NCBI GenBank assembly: GCA_050943435.1
Contig: JBMNPE010000001.1
Span: 30,315 to 94,314, forward strand
DNA length: 64,000 nt
Direction of reading: 5' to 3'
Source: Oscillospiraceae bacterium
GTDB lineage: Bacteria > Bacillota > Clostridia > Oscillospirales > Ruminococcaceae
Part shown: in pieces, positions 63,481 to 64,000 of the stretch
How the letters are laid out: every line of letters starts with the position of its first letter
How positions within the stretch are numbered: position 1 is the stretch's first letter
Position numbers and translations under genes: made by a program
The notes under the pieces: generated by a model
The model's database searches: none
Told to the model about the DNA's origin: nothing
What the model saw: only the letters and a program-made list of their open reading frames with translations

Positions 63481-64000
63481 TTATCTTCGATTTTGGGGAA
63501 TATTAAGCCATTCAGCAGCATCTATTATCCGAATGCCCTCATAATTTGTTTCCGGCTGATAAGTTCTGACTAGGATGATTTTGGGATAGCAGTCCTTGAT
63601 TTGTAATAGCGGTGCTGTTTCACGTTTAAATGTGTCAGGATTCGAAACATCATATGCAACCTGAATATACATTTTTTTGCCTCTTCGGACGGCGACGAAA
63701 TCAATTTCCTTTTTATAAAGCACACCTGCGTAAACTTCGTATCCTCTCCTCAACAGTTCGATCGCAATAATATTTTCCAGGATTCTGCCATAATCCATCT
63801 GGCGAGTACCCAATCTTGTATAACGAAAACTGTGGTCAGACAGATAATATTTATCCCCTGACTGAAGATATTTTTTCCCATGGATATCAAATCTACGCAC
63901 TCGGTAGAAAAGGAAAGAACTGCAAAGATAGCCGAGATATTTCCCAACTGTTTTGTGATCTGCATTGATATTGGAATTTTTCAGTGAATTACTAATGCTG
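63481..64000 (-). CDS. AAA-ATPase with DUF4143 C-terminal domain (partial; continues past the window end)
   Basis: The frame is open from 63481 to the window edge. FLFYRVRRFDIHGKKYLQSGDKYYLSDHSF resembles the DUF4143 core. The listed ORF start at 63900 is an internal GTG. Confidence 0.65.
   Translation of the reverse strand, partial: SISNSLKNSNINADHKTVGKYLGYLCSSFLFYRVRRFDIHGKKYLQSGDKYYLSDHSFRYTRLGTRQMDYGRILENIIAIELLRRGYEVYAGVLYKKEIDFVAVRRGKKMYIQVAYDVSNPDTFKRETAPLLQIKDCYPKIILVRTYQPETNYEGIRIIDAAEWLNIPQNRR

Noticed and set aside
1-64000. Mobile elements, prophage, tRNA/rRNA genes, CRISPR-Cas, toxin-antitoxin pairs
   Set aside because: I scanned the ORF translations for transposase, integrase or recombinase motifs, phage structural proteins, RT and Cas signatures, and the DNA for tRNA-like T-arm strings and short spaced repeats. 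Nothing convincing was found. A tRNAscan/ISfinder run would be the formal check.

Overview
This is a 64-kb chromosomal segment from a Gram-positive anaerobe that looks like Bacillota/Clostridia. Supporting signs are GGAGG-type ribosome-binding sites, LtaS- and YfhO-type envelope genes, sortase-type surface proteins and iron-dependent alcohol dehydrogenases. By eye it is mid-50s %GC with heavy AGG/AGA (Arg) and ATA (Ile) usage. I support about 56 protein-coding genes or gene remnants. I found no rRNA, tRNA, CRISPR array, transposase or integrase. Layout by region: (i) 0.1-7.4 kb holds an oppBCDF-type peptide ABC importer, a small tail-anchored protein, an M3 oligoendopeptidase and a membrane protein. 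(ii) 7.5-34.3 kb is mostly housekeeping or envelope genes: pyrG, YfhO, TRIC channel, gpmI, MFS, ArsB/NhaD-type permease, LtaS-like, rarA, Fe-ADH, an operon of membrane protein, nucleoside-phosphorylase-like protein, CYTH protein and cardiolipin synthase, CadD, NCS2 purine permease, ABC exporter, Crp/Fnr, nucleoside hydrolase, DUF1848 and pepF. (iii) 34.5-45.0 kb is a LysR-associated redox/esterase accessory block: cupin, CMD, two flavodoxin-like proteins (one a lipoprotein), a two-domain secreted esterase, AKR, Fe-ADH, flavodoxin-ferredoxin fusion, SDR and a second lipoprotein esterase. (iv) 45.5-49.0 kb holds a ~1000-codon beta-helix/CnaB surface-protein gene interrupted by one in-frame TGA, plus an orphan sorting-signal mini-ORF. 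(v) 49.1-56.9 kb is the most unusual locus: a terminator-bounded operon of carboxyltransferase, ACP, FabD, crotonase, thiolase and DUF35, flanked by TetR, a dedicated AcpS and an alpha/beta hydrolase. It has no ketosynthase, ketoreductase, dehydratase or enoyl reductase. (vi) 57.1-64.0 kb holds PadR plus a flavoprotein-SCP2-membrane fusion, a gene-decay zone (truncated ABC ATPase, doubly frameshifted ADP-ribosylglycohydrolase), a second CnaB wall-anchored protein and a partial DUF4143 ATPase. All functional calls rest on motif recognition in the supplied translations. No database search was run.
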